This document shows positions 41,137-51,165 of a stretch of DNA of 64,000 nucleotides, piece after piece. The stretch comes from Alphaproteobacteria bacterium (GTDB taxonomy: Bacteria; Pseudomonadota; Alphaproteobacteria; RF32; CAG-239), in NCBI GenBank assembly GCA_017626035.1, contig JAGAJR010000010.1, positions 581-64,580 on the forward strand. The letters are read 5' to 3'. Positions within the stretch are counted from its first letter, which is position 1. Every line of letters begins with the position of its first letter. The translations under genes and the position numbers were made by a program. A model generated the notes under the pieces. It did no database searches, was not told where the DNA came from, and worked only from the letters and a program-made list of their open reading frames with translations.

Positions 41137-42066
41137 TTATAATGATTTTATTTCTTTGATTATCTGATTTTTAATATTTTCTACGGAATCCGTATTTGTG
41201 TTATATTCAATGACGTCTTTTGTGCAAAACGGGAATTTTGTTAAGTCATACATCGGTTGAATGTCTGTAATGGCGGGGTTGGTTGTATAAATGATTCGCA
41301 ATGGTTTGTTTATCATGCATAACAAATCAATCAGCCCGGAACGCAATGCAATAATCATTTTGCACTGTGTGGCCACAAAATATGTTTCCTCAATTGTGAG
41401 GGTATTGTCTCCTTTAGATTTATTTATAAATATTTGATATTTTTTATCTTTAATTGCGTTTGTTACAGATGTCCAAAACTCTTCAGGCAAGGGAGACAGG
41501 GATAAAGCTTCATCTGAAACGAAAATTAAATTATCAAGGGACAGCCCCATTTTATTTAGTTTTTGAAGGGCAGATTTTCGGGCTTCTTCGGAAACAACAG
41601 GGGCAGAGTATTTTTGCGTTTGCAGGTTTTTGCCCAAATAGTTTTGCCAGTTCTCAAAAAGATGTTTTTGGGTTAAGTTCATTTGTCCCAAATCATGATT
41701 GCTGAGGACAAATGAAAATATGTGTTTTTTATATTCTGAGGTTTCCCAGAAAGAACTTTTTTCTTTGCAAAAAATCACAGGGACTTCAGGAGCCAGCATT
41801 TTAAAAACGTCGAGATGGTATTTTTTAGTCAAAACGACCATTTCGCCGTTCCACCAGTTTTTATAAGTCAGGGCAAAGATAACGGCTTCGCCCAGATTGG
41901 ATTCAATGATTTTGAATTCTTTCCATTTATTGGTGTCAACGCTTGCCAGAACAGCTTCAAAAAAAGGTTTGCTGTTGCATATATTTTTAAATTTTCTTTT
42001 GAATTTTTTTCTGTATTTTTTTACGGGAATGAATTGACACAAAAAACGGAGAAGAAAATATTTCAT
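41137..42066 (-). CDS. Hypothetical glycosyltransferase-like protein
   Basis: LGEA...; IALRSGLIDL resembles the GT9-like C-domain; lies in the glycan cluster. Confidence 0.45.
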   Translation of the reverse strand: MKYFLLRFLCQFIPVKKYRKKFKRKFKNICNSKPFFEAVLASVDTNKWKEFKIIESNLGEAVIFALTYKNWWNGEMVVLTKKYHLDVFKMLAPEVPVIFCKEKSSFWETSEYKKHIFSFVLSNHDLGQMNLTQKHLFENWQNYLGKNLQTQKYSAPVVSEEARKSALQKLNKMGLSLDNLIFVSDEALSLSPLPEEFWTSVTNAIKDKKYQIFINKSKGDNTLTIEETYFVATQCKMIIALRSGLIDLLCMINKPLRIIYTTNPAITDIQPMYDLTKFPFCTKDVIEYNTNTDSVENIKNQIIKEIKSL

Positions 42067-42443
42067 TATAAATCCTCGCTGATTTCAAAAGAGATGTTTA
42101 AACGATCGTCTCTTGTTTTGTTGACGGCATAAGCACAGACTAAGCCGGACGGTTTGTTGTCGTTTACCAATAAGCGTTCGCCCATAGGAGCGTCAAAGAT
42201 GATATGGTTATACCGAAGTTGGTGTTTGTTCATAAATTTTTCGAGGTTTTCTCTTTCTTCGGATTTTCGGCTGGTTAAAAGGATAATCATATCATCGGAA
42301 GGAATGGCGGCAAAGAGTTCTTTAACGCCGTCCAAAAGTGTGTCATAACCGTCGATTTTATATCCGTTATGTTTTACCAATGTTCCGTCCACGTCAAAAA
42401 TCCAAGTGTGGGGAAGAGGAGACAGCAATAGGTTAGTCGGCAT
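42066..42443 (-). CDS. Small HAD-like phosphatase
   Basis: WIFDVDGTL, LLTSR, VND.KP motifs. Confidence 0.75.
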   Translation of the reverse strand: MPTNLLLSPLPHTWIFDVDGTLVKHNGYKIDGYDTLLDGVKELFAAIPSDDMIILLTSRKSEERENLEKFMNKHQLRYNHIIFDAPMGERLLVNDNKPSGLVCAYAVNKTRDDRLNISFEISEDL

Positions 42444-43947
42444 ATTGTAAATACTCTTCTAATTCCAGCAGGCCTTTGTAGAAAGCTCCGCAAATCGCGT
42501 CATAATCTTCCCAGGCGTAAGTCGTCAGACTTAACCAGATAATTGCATGTAGCAGTTTTATTTTCTTTTTATCGGCTCCTGTTAATGTAAAGAAGTCATT
42601 TTCCAACTCTTTCCAATTGTTGGAGACAATCATCAAATCAACACAATCATCCATAATTTCCAAGGAGAAATTTTTACGGTTAAATTGGTCATAATCTCCG
42701 ACAACGGAATAATATAGTTTTGCCCAATCGTAATCAATATCTCCGTAAAGCTTGGTTTTTCCGAAATATCCGCGAGGGTCCAATAAAATAGGGCGGACGC
42801 CGTCAGTTTCAATCATCATATTATGAAAAGTGCAGTCTCCGTGAGTCAGGTAAAACTGTTTCGGGTACATTTGGCGGATTTCGTTGATTATTTTATCTTT
42901 TATCGCAAAGATATTGTGGCATTTTTTGCCGTTCACGGTTATGAATTCGTCTTTTGCAAAAGGAACCAATTCCCGTACTTTGGCTAAGCGTTCAAAAGTC
43001 TTGGTAACGTAATTGTTTTCGCAGTCTTCTTTGTTTGCTTCCATTGGCGGTGTCAATCGGTGCAAATCTTTTAGGGCCGTTATGATTTTATCCAGTAAGG
43101 CACGTTTGAAGCCTTTTGTTAAAAAGGCATATTCAAAGATGTTTCCGCCTTTTATTTTTTCCATAACTAACGGGTCGTATCCGTAAATTTTAGGAATGTT
43201 GGTATAGCCGAGTTCTGTTACTTTTTTATACCAAGCGATTTCATCAACGGCTAATTTACGTCCTTGTTCGTCGAGCGGATATTTTAAGACGATATCCCCT
43301 TTAAATTCCATTTTATTGAAAGGGCGGCATTTCGGCTTGTTCAGTTCGTTTTGAAAATATGATAACATTGTACCTATTTCCAATCCCCCGTACATGTCCA
43401 ATCGTTCAAAAGGGAGTTTTTTGTGGGAAAGGTAACGGACAAATTCTCCTTCGTCCGGAACATCGCTGATTTGTTCTTTGTCTTTGAACAGAAATAGTCC
43501 CGCAACGCCGTTTTCTTTAGATGGTTCTTCTGCAAACATATTGTTGGCGTAAGACCAGCGGCAAGGAAAGTCTTTTGATATGCCGAGGTAGTTTTGGGAC
43601 AAATCATGAGGAAGTCCTACGGCAGATAAAACTAAATCGCACCAAATCAACATAAACGGTGTTTTATCCGGGATTGTTTTTAACGCATCGGAAATTCCTG
43701 AACAAGTTCCTTTTTTATTGGCGTCGATAACTTCAAAGTCGATCTTGGCAAAGGTGTTCAGGTATCTTTTCAGCACATCTTTTTTATAATCGGCAATGAT
43801 TGTGAATTTGGCCTGCGGATATTTTTTGAAAAGGTGAAAAATCATTGGAAGATTGTCAACCGGAACTAAGGCTTTAGGCTTGTTGGTGGTTAGTGTTTCC
43901 AATCTGCTGCCCTTACCGCCGGCTTGGATAATAATGTGATTCAGCAT
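42433..43947 (-). CDS. Nucleotidyltransferase-phosphotransferase (APH/choline-kinase-like) fusion
   Basis: N-terminal IIIQAGGKGSRL...KPKAL; C-terminal HGDCTFHN and LDPRG kinase motifs. Confidence 0.85.
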   Translation of the reverse strand: MLNHIIIQAGGKGSRLETLTTNKPKALVPVDNLPMIFHLFKKYPQAKFTIIADYKKDVLKRYLNTFAKIDFEVIDANKKGTCSGISDALKTIPDKTPFMLIWCDLVLSAVGLPHDLSQNYLGISKDFPCRWSYANNMFAEEPSKENGVAGLFLFKDKEQISDVPDEGEFVRYLSHKKLPFERLDMYGGLEIGTMLSYFQNELNKPKCRPFNKMEFKGDIVLKYPLDEQGRKLAVDEIAWYKKVTELGYTNIPKIYGYDPLVMEKIKGGNIFEYAFLTKGFKRALLDKIITALKDLHRLTPPMEANKEDCENNYVTKTFERLAKVRELVPFAKDEFITVNGKKCHNIFAIKDKIINEIRQMYPKQFYLTHGDCTFHNMMIETDGVRPILLDPRGYFGKTKLYGDIDYDWAKLYYSVVGDYDQFNRKNFSLEIMDDCVDLMIVSNNWKELENDFFTLTGADKKKIKLLHAIIWLSLTTYAWEDYDAICGAFYKGLLELEEYLQYAD

Positions 43948-44065
43948 ATAAAGTCCCCTTTTGGCATCCGAAACGGAATTATTGCTATAGATTGCAATTT
44001 GAAATTGCCCTATTTTTGTATACTTTGGATAGGGAGTCAATGCTTATTTTGTCTATGTGAGCAGA

Positions 44066-44833
44066 TTATACGTTAAAACGTTTTTTTATTTTTTTCCGCC
44101 ACGGACGGTAAGGAACAAAGAGGCAGATTGCTTTAACAAAAGCCTTTTTGACGGTTGACTGAAATTTCCTTTTGAATTGTCCTTTACATTTCAGTTTTCG
44201 GAAAACAGGCATACAATTTTTAATGTCGCCCATGGTCAATTCGTTTCCGTTTTTATCAAAACCCTGCGTTTTAAGGCGAATTTTGGTAATGAACGGCTGA
44301 GGATGAGAAATTTCTTTTTCTCCGTTAGTTTTGGCGGCATCGTGTTCAATTAACAAAAAGTCGGGGTGAGAATTAAACTCCCGATGTATTTGAGAGCATA
44401 GTTCAATATCCGTGTCTGTAATGTCTATGCCGTTTCTGGAAAACCACAACAACAAAATTTTCTGTTCGGAATCCAAGTTATTCAGAAAGCGGTTACAACG
44501 GCGGGCGTATTTTTCTTTTACTTCGGGAAAACTTTCGTCAAGCGGGATGTCTTTGGGAAAATCGTGGAAGTAATAAAAACCGTTGGCGGTGTTTTCGTAG
44601 TAGTCGCAAAATTCGTCATTAAACATTTTCGGATCTTTGGGCAGGAATTTTAAGTCTTCAATTTCCAGAAAATGTTCAAAGCGGCGGAGAATCAGTTTCA
44701 TTCTTGTTTCAAAATTTGCATGTGTCAGCCAGTCAAAAGGGCCGGAAGTGCTTCTGAGTTTGTTTCTCAGCATATACATGGAACAGCCGCAATCGGCTCC
44801 GACGGAATAAATCAGGTCGTATTTATCTGACAT
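44066..44833 (-). CDS. DUF1796 family (putative papain-like) protein
   Basis: SVGADC..S..L....LR..SGPFDW and F.HDF...EKY.RR..RF. Confidence 0.75.
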   Translation of the reverse strand: MSDKYDLIYSVGADCGCSMYMLRNKLRSTSGPFDWLTHANFETRMKLILRRFEHFLEIEDLKFLPKDPKMFNDEFCDYYENTANGFYYFHDFPKDIPLDESFPEVKEKYARRCNRFLNNLDSEQKILLLWFSRNGIDITDTDIELCSQIHREFNSHPDFLLIEHDAAKTNGEKEISHPQPFITKIRLKTQGFDKNGNELTMGDIKNCMPVFRKLKCKGQFKRKFQSTVKKAFVKAICLFVPYRPWRKKIKKRFNV

Positions 44834-44834
44834 T

Positions 44835-46073
44835 TTACACCTTTTGATTTTTAGGAAAAACTTTGTTAATGACATTTATGAAGTTTTGTTCGTAAACATC
44901 GTTGGTTGACGTTTGCAGGAATAATTTTCGGGAAAGGGCTCCCATTTGGTCAAGCTTGTCGGCGTGTTTTGTCATCCAGAGCATTTTTTCAGACAAGGCA
45001 TCAATGTTGCCGGTGCTTGTAATAAAGCCGTTTTTTCCCTCTTCTATCAGGTAAGCGGTGCCGACGTTTGAACTGATAATCAGCGGTTTGCCGAGCATGG
45101 CAGCTTCTATGGCAACCAGCGGATTGCAATCATCTCGGGACGGAACCAGAAAAACATCCATTTCGCGGAAAGTTTCAAATTTTTGTATTTGATCGGAAAT
45201 GGCCGAATGCCAGAAAATATTCGGATATTTTTTGTATTGTTCATAAGTCGGGGCGGCACTGTCGGTAATGTTGCCGATAACGTGCAGTTCGGCGGAGCCT
45301 TCCGGAAGCTTGGCAAAAGCGGTACAGCAGACGTCGATGCCTTTGCGGAGCGACATCGCTCCGATAATGGTAAATTTGACGGCGGTATTTTCTTTCCGGC
45401 TTGTTTCTTTATAAGAATCGTCTGCGGAGTTGTGGCAGATGTTGATTTCCGATTTGGTAAATTCATTAATGAACCGGGCGGAATATTCGCTCGGCGTTAA
45501 AATATTTTTGACTGCGGCGAGAGAGTTTTTTATTTCCGGGTCCATTTGGATATGGTCGTAAAGATTTTTTGCCTCATGGATGTAGAGTAAGGTTGGCAGG
45601 ATATTTTGCAGACGGCGGGCAGCAGCGTGGGTCAAAACGGTGTTGCAGATGCAGGCGTCAAACGGTTTGCATAAAGAAGTCAGAAGAGTTTCGGGAAGAA
45701 CATTTATGTTTTTGAGCAGGGAAAACGGAAAGCCTTCTTTAACGAAAGTTTCTTTAAGCGGGCCGTCAGTCATGCTGATGACGGAGGGAGCATATCCGTG
45801 CTTTTTTAAAATGCGGGCAACCTTGAGCAAAACCAACGGGGCTCCGGTAAAAGAACAGTCCGGCGTAATCAAAAGGATACGGGGAGCCCGGGTGTTTCCC
45901 GTTACGTTTTGGGTAAAAGTTTCAATTAAGTGGGAAGCTTCGGGAATGTTAAGGCTTAAAAGACTGCGATACCGGTTGCGACGGGTGCGGAAATTCTCTT
46001 TTGAAATAAGGTGCAGGGTTCTGAGCAGTTTGTTTGTCGTAAGCAAGCCTTTATAGTATATTTTTTGCAGCAT
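44835..46073 (-). CDS. Glycosyltransferase family 4
   Basis: TGAPLVL, RKG, PSRDDCNPLVAIEAAMLGKP.I.S. Confidence 0.9.
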   Translation of the reverse strand: MLQKIYYKGLLTTNKLLRTLHLISKENFRTRRNRYRSLLSLNIPEASHLIETFTQNVTGNTRAPRILLITPDCSFTGAPLVLLKVARILKKHGYAPSVISMTDGPLKETFVKEGFPFSLLKNINVLPETLLTSLCKPFDACICNTVLTHAAARRLQNILPTLLYIHEAKNLYDHIQMDPEIKNSLAAVKNILTPSEYSARFINEFTKSEINICHNSADDSYKETSRKENTAVKFTIIGAMSLRKGIDVCCTAFAKLPEGSAELHVIGNITDSAAPTYEQYKKYPNIFWHSAISDQIQKFETFREMDVFLVPSRDDCNPLVAIEAAMLGKPLIISSNVGTAYLIEEGKNGFITSTGNIDALSEKMLWMTKHADKLDQMGALSRKLFLQTSTNDVYEQNFINVINKVFPKNQKV

Positions 46074-46214
46074 TTTATTTCTCCCGATTTTTTTTCATCA
46101 TATAAGACGGGAATGAAATGTAAATCTCTTTGACGAAAATATCCCATAAAGAGGGTTGATATTTTGGGGTTTATTCTTTAAGGTATTTTTATCTTTGATT
46201 TTTATGGAGTGAAA

Positions 46215-47195
46215 ATGCCTAAAGTTACGGTGCTGATGCCGGTTTACAATACCAAGGAGGAATACCTCAGGGAAACAATCGACAGCGTTTTAACGCAAAC
46301 ATTTACCGATTTTGAGTTTTTGATTATCAATGACGCTTCGACGGATAAACGGGTGAGGGAAGTTGTTCTTTCCTATGCCGATGACAGAATAGTATATGTT
46401 GAAAATGAAAAGAATCTGGGTATTTCCGAAAGCTCCAACAAAGGGATTTCCCTGGCAAAAGGTGAATATATCGCCCGACAGGATCATGATGATATTTCTT
46501 TGCCGACAAGGCTGGAAAAGGAAGTCCGATATTTGGACGGACATCCGAATGTCGGGGTTTGTTCCTGTTGGTTTGAAATGTTTCCCAAAAAGCAATTTAC
46601 AAAGTATCCGTTCAAAAATGAAGATATTAAGAAAATGTTGTTTTTGAACGGAGACCCGATTTGCCATCCGGCATCCATGATACGCAAAAGCGTTTTGACC
46701 GGAAACGGCATATGGTATAAAGATGAATACCGTTATGCCGAAGATTACGCTCTTTGGGTTGATTTGGCAGAGAAAACCGATTTTTATAATCTTCCGGAAA
46801 TTTTGTTTAAATATCGGTGGTCGGGGGAGAATGCTTCGGTTACCTCCGGAGACGTGCAGCGACGGAACGCTTTTAACATCCGCTTAAACGGTTTGAAATC
46901 GCTGTTGGGTGAAATGTCGGAAGATGAGGAAAAGGTTTGTGTCAAAGTATACGGAAAAGAAAAAATCTCTTCGGAAGAGCTTTTGATTGTCGGAAAACTG
47001 TTGAAACGAACGGAAAACCGGTCGGATAAGCCGTGGAAAAAGGATGTTTGGCAGGCTTTTTATAAAAAAGCTTTACGCTTGACTATTTATGACGGCAATT
47101 TATTATCGGTTATGGGGGACGGAGAGAGTTTGTCTTTGCCGTATTGTCAAAAAGCCTTTTATTTTGTTAAGGTTTGGCTTAAATCTGTTTTGTGA
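46215..47195 (+). CDS. Glycosyltransferase family 2
   Basis: VTVLMPVYN, INDASTD, ARQDHDD, AEDY. Confidence 0.93.
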   Translation: MPKVTVLMPVYNTKEEYLRETIDSVLTQTFTDFEFLIINDASTDKRVREVVLSYADDRIVYVENEKNLGISESSNKGISLAKGEYIARQDHDDISLPTRLEKEVRYLDGHPNVGVCSCWFEMFPKKQFTKYPFKNEDIKKMLFLNGDPICHPASMIRKSVLTGNGIWYKDEYRYAEDYALWVDLAEKTDFYNLPEILFKYRWSGENASVTSGDVQRRNAFNIRLNGLKSLLGEMSEDEEKVCVKVYGKEKISSEELLIVGKLLKRTENRSDKPWKKDVWQAFYKKALRLTIYDGNLLSVMGDGESLSLPYCQKAFYFVKVWLKSVL

Positions 47196-47206
47196 AGGAT
47201 ATCTTT

Positions 47207-48373
47207 ATGTTTGAAAAAATATTCAGATTGTTTTTGAAGCTTGTAACGCCGTTGTTTATCTGGGATAAGGAAAAGAGAAAGGAATTTGTGCGTCATGTTT
47301 CTCGCTTTAAGTTCTCTTTTTGCTCTATTCCCCAATATAAGGCTTTGATGTCCAAGCCCCTGAAAAATAAGAGTGTGCTGATTATTGAGCCGAATGATTT
47401 TCACGGAGAGGTTATTCTCGGATATGCCGAATATTTTACCATGCTCGGGTATGATGTCGATATTATCGTTACGCCGAATCAGATGAAGACTAATCCGTTT
47501 AATTTGTGTCAGCTTGAAAATGTCCGCTGGTTTGCCATTAATGAAGTTTTTTTCAAAAAAATCCTTTCTTCTCCCAAAGCTCAGGAATATTCTTGCGTTC
47601 TGTTTTCTTCCATTGACGGAATGCACGGTTCCGTTGTGCGTTATGTTGACAACAAGATGTATCATAAGACTTTGGCTGTGCTGCACAATAAAGTTCATTT
47701 GGAAAAAGAAGACAACAAGATGTTGTATGATGACAGCAAGCTTTTGGTATTGCGAAATTTTTCCAATGATAAAAAACTGTTTGAAGTTAATCCGCATTAT
47801 TTCGGTACGGTTTCTCCGCAGCCACGCAATAAAACCGTTAATTTTGTAACGGTAGGGCTTTTGGATCCGAAAAGAAGAAACGGTTCGTTGATTGCCGATG
47901 CCATCCGTTATTTGACGGACAACGGTTTCAAAGATTTTAAAATAACGGTTATCTGCCGTCGGAAAACGGGAAAATTCCCTAAAGAAGCCGCTCCGTATCT
48001 GGATGTTAAGGTCGGACTGAAATATGATGCGATGTATAAGGAATTGGAAAAAGTGGATTATTTTCTGCCGCTTTTGGATCCGACCAATGAAGGGCAGCGA
48101 GAGTATTTGTCTTTGTTGTCTACCGGTTCAATCCAGCTGATTTTAGGTTTTCTGTGTCCGGCAGTTATTAATGAAGAGTTTGCCGCCGCATATGGCTTTA
48201 ATGAAGAAAATGCCATTTTGTATCAGGATAACGATTTGGCGGAAGCTATGCTTAGAGCTCTGCGGCAAAGCAATGACGATTATAAACAAATGAAAGCGAA
48301 TTTGTTGGAATTGTCAGATGCCAAAAAAGAAAGTTCTTTAAATAATCTCAAAAAAGTCATGGTCGGAGAATAA
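47207..48373 (+). CDS. Putative glycosyltransferase (GT-B-like)
   Basis: FHGEV, VTVG....RRN, STGSIQL..GF..P pattern; lies between GT2 and GT8 genes. Confidence 0.55.
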   Translation: MFEKIFRLFLKLVTPLFIWDKEKRKEFVRHVSRFKFSFCSIPQYKALMSKPLKNKSVLIIEPNDFHGEVILGYAEYFTMLGYDVDIIVTPNQMKTNPFNLCQLENVRWFAINEVFFKKILSSPKAQEYSCVLFSSIDGMHGSVVRYVDNKMYHKTLAVLHNKVHLEKEDNKMLYDDSKLLVLRNFSNDKKLFEVNPHYFGTVSPQPRNKTVNFVTVGLLDPKRRNGSLIADAIRYLTDNGFKDFKITVICRRKTGKFPKEAAPYLDVKVGLKYDAMYKELEKVDYFLPLLDPTNEGQREYLSLLSTGSIQLILGFLCPAVINEEFAAAYGFNEENAILYQDNDLAEAMLRALRQSNDDYKQMKANLLELSDAKKESSLNNLKKVMVGE

Positions 48374-48376
48374 GTT

Positions 48377-49342
48377 TTGGTTAATGTCGTTCCGGTTGTT
48401 TTTGCTTTTGACGATAATTTCAAAGTACCGTCCTGGGTGGCGGTAAAGTCGTTGATTGACAATGCGTTTAATGAAACGTTTTATGATATTTACATTGTGT
48501 ATTCGCGGTTGAATGATGAAAATATAAAGGCGTTTTCTTCCCTGAAGAACAATCATTGCAATATCAGTTTTATAAAAATAGACAATTCCCGTTTTGACAA
48601 TATGCCAAAATCGGAGGCTTGGCCGTATGAGGTTTATTATCGTTTGATTATTCCGGAACTTTTGCCGCAATATGACAAGGTTATTTATTCCGATGTGGAT
48701 GTGATGTTTAAAGGCGATATGTCCGGTTTGTATAATGAAGACATTTCTGAATATCAGTGTGCGGCCGTTCCGGCGGAGAGAAAAGACGAATCTGACGGTA
48801 TTCATCAGCATTTTGCCGAATATGAAAACGATTATGTTTATCTGTCGGGCTTTATGTTTCTGAATACAAAGCGGATGAGGGAAGAAAATATCGTTGCAAA
48901 GTTTTTTGAAAATATGAAAAAGTATGAAAAAAGACTGAAGATGTTTGATTTGGAAGTCTTTAATTTGTCTTGCAACAAAATTAAGCCGATAGGATATGAA
49001 TACTGCGTATTGGAAAACACATATTACGGAGATTATGAAAAGGCTCCGGAATATCGTTTTCTTAAAAATGTTTTCAGCGGTGAGGAGTTAGCAAAAGCGA
49101 AGGCGTTTCCCAAAATCGTGCATTATGCCGGCGGAAAAGTAAAAATGTGGAAGAAAACTTCTCCCGATCCGGAATATAAAGCTTATATTCTGTCTGCTCC
49201 GTTTGCCGAAGAGTATTTGAAACGAATCAGAATGAAAAAGGCGATGAAACTTTTAAATCCGCTGTGGTGGTTTTTGAGCAAAGCTGCTCCGGTCAAAAAA
49301 CAGCGAAAGAAGTTCAAAAATATTCTGAGAGGAAATTACTAA
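48377..49342 (+). CDS. Glycosyltransferase family 8
   Basis: VFAFDDNF, YYRL.IP..LP.YDKVIYSDVD, SGFM..N, IVHYAG. Confidence 0.92.
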   Translation: MVNVVPVVFAFDDNFKVPSWVAVKSLIDNAFNETFYDIYIVYSRLNDENIKAFSSLKNNHCNISFIKIDNSRFDNMPKSEAWPYEVYYRLIIPELLPQYDKVIYSDVDVMFKGDMSGLYNEDISEYQCAAVPAERKDESDGIHQHFAEYENDYVYLSGFMFLNTKRMREENIVAKFFENMKKYEKRLKMFDLEVFNLSCNKIKPIGYEYCVLENTYYGDYEKAPEYRFLKNVFSGEELAKAKAFPKIVHYAGGKVKMWKKTSPDPEYKAYILSAPFAEEYLKRIRMKKAMKLLNPLWWFLSKAAPVKKQRKKFKNILRGNY

Positions 49343-49372
49343 AAAGAAAGCCGGATTATTCCGGCTTTTTGA

Positions 49373-49993
49373 CTATTTGAGATAATCTTTATATCCTTCT
49401 TTATGAATGAGTTTCCAGTCCATGGTCTCTTTATAAGGGTTATTTTTGATAATTTCCTTATATTTTTCTTTGTCTCTCCAACCGATGATTTTGGCCGGGT
49501 TTCCGCCGACAATGGCACAAGAAGGAACGCTTTTGCAGACCACGCTTCCGGCAGCGACAATCGCTCCTTCTTCAATGCGGCAGCCGGCAAGAATAATAGA
49601 TTTCATGCCAATCCAGACATTGTCTCCGATAAAAACATCCTGTGCGATGGAATAATTGTCAAAAGGAACCATGGTATCGCTCTGGTAATTGTGATTTAAG
49701 GTAATAATGGTTACGTGTTCCGCCAAAGCACAATTGTTGCCGATGTCAACGTTGCCGGTGGCGTAAATGGTGTTGTAACTGCCGATGTAGCAGTTGTCGC
49801 CGACGGAGATGTTCTGAGGTTCGTAGAGTTTGGCGTCTTTGCGGATAACGCTGCCGGTGCCACAATGTTTGAGTTTGTGAAAGTTCGGATTTTTATCCAA
49901 TTCGCCGAGCTGACGCATTTTGCGGCGGAGTTTTTTGGATGGGAGAATGACGGAGAGAATTTTGTACGTTAATTTTGACGCTTTATTAGGCAT
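49373..49993 (-). CDS. Hexapeptide-repeat O-acyltransferase
   Basis: LbH repeats, IGDNVWIG, GAIVAAGSVV, VGGNPAK. Confidence 0.9.
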   Translation of the reverse strand: MPNKASKLTYKILSVILPSKKLRRKMRQLGELDKNPNFHKLKHCGTGSVIRKDAKLYEPQNISVGDNCYIGSYNTIYATGNVDIGNNCALAEHVTIITLNHNYQSDTMVPFDNYSIAQDVFIGDNVWIGMKSIILAGCRIEEGAIVAAGSVVCKSVPSCAIVGGNPAKIIGWRDKEKYKEIIKNNPYKETMDWKLIHKEGYKDYLK

Positions 49994-50176
49994 TGTTTTT
50001 TCTCAATAGTTAAGGTTATTTATTTATAACTATTGATGTTTGGGAACTTTGTCAATATTTCATAAGGGGTGTTTTGAATTTGTTAATGTATTTATGTTAA
50101 TATTCGGCATAATAGAATCGGAATTTTATAATGAAATTTGCATATTGCCGTGAATTTTGTGAAGGAAAAGAGTGTT

Positions 50177-51136
50177 ATGGCATTTAAAACAAAAAGATTT
50201 TTGAAAAAGATGGTGTCTTGGGCAGGATTGTTTTTCTTTGCTTTGGCTGCGTATATGATATATTCCCAGCTTTCAAAATATAATGCGGAAGATATTAAAC
50301 AGGCGTTGTTCAGCATTCCGCGTCAAAATTTGATTTTAGCCTGTTTAGCTTCATTTTTCGGTTATATTGCATTGTCTTCTTATGATTATCTGGCTTTGCG
50401 TTATATCGGCCGCCGGTTGTCGCCGCTTAAATGGATTTTTGCGGGATTTATCGGTTTTTCGGTCAGCAATAATGCCGGACATGCTATCGTATCCGGCGGA
50501 GCTATTCGCTACCGTTTATACACAAGATGGAGATTCCACGGTTCCGATATTGTGAAAATGGTTACTTTTTCAGGGTTTACTTATTTAGTCGCCTGTTTCT
50601 TTTTAATTATCGTGGGATATTTTCTGACGCCGGATCATGCTTTTGGCGAAGGTTCCGTTTCCAAGTTTACGACAACGCTGACAACGATTATTTCGGCAGT
50701 TGGTTTGTTAATTTATTTCGGAGCCAGTTTATTTTATAAAAAACCGATTATCATTAAAGATATGGAGTTTGACATTCCAACCTTCAAAATGGCATTGGCT
50801 CAGGTTTTTATCGGCGGTGCGGATATTTTGCTGGCGTCTTTGGTGTTGTATTTCTCACTGATTCCGTTTATGGACATTCCTTTTGACGTCTTTATCGGGG
50901 TGTTTATCATTGCTCAGGTTTTGGGCGTGTTCAGCCAGGTTCCGGGTGGTTTGGGTGTGTTTGAAGGATTGTTCCTCTACATTATTCCGGGAGATAAAGA
51001 TCCGGTAACATTATTCGGAGCTTTAATCGCCTATCGGGTTATTTATTATCTTTTGCCGCTGGTGATTTCGGCAGTGGTTTTGTTCTCTTATGAATGGTAT
51101 CATTCATATTCCAGAAGGAAACGTTTGGAGAAATAA
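50177..51136 (+). CDS. Lysylphosphatidylglycerol synthase TM-region (MprF flippase-like/YbhN) protein
   Basis: SYDYLAL, SGGAIRYRLY, SQVPGGLGVFE, YR.IYYLLP; no synthase domain. Confidence 0.88.
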   Translation: MAFKTKRFLKKMVSWAGLFFFALAAYMIYSQLSKYNAEDIKQALFSIPRQNLILACLASFFGYIALSSYDYLALRYIGRRLSPLKWIFAGFIGFSVSNNAGHAIVSGGAIRYRLYTRWRFHGSDIVKMVTFSGFTYLVACFFLIIVGYFLTPDHAFGEGSVSKFTTTLTTIISAVGLLIYFGASLFYKKPIIIKDMEFDIPTFKMALAQVFIGGADILLASLVLYFSLIPFMDIPFDVFIGVFIIAQVLGVFSQVPGGLGVFEGLFLYIIPGDKDPVTLFGALIAYRVIYYLLPLVISAVVLFSYEWYHSYSRRKRLEK

Positions 51137-51165
51137 AAAAATGCGGCTAAACACCGCATTTTTTT

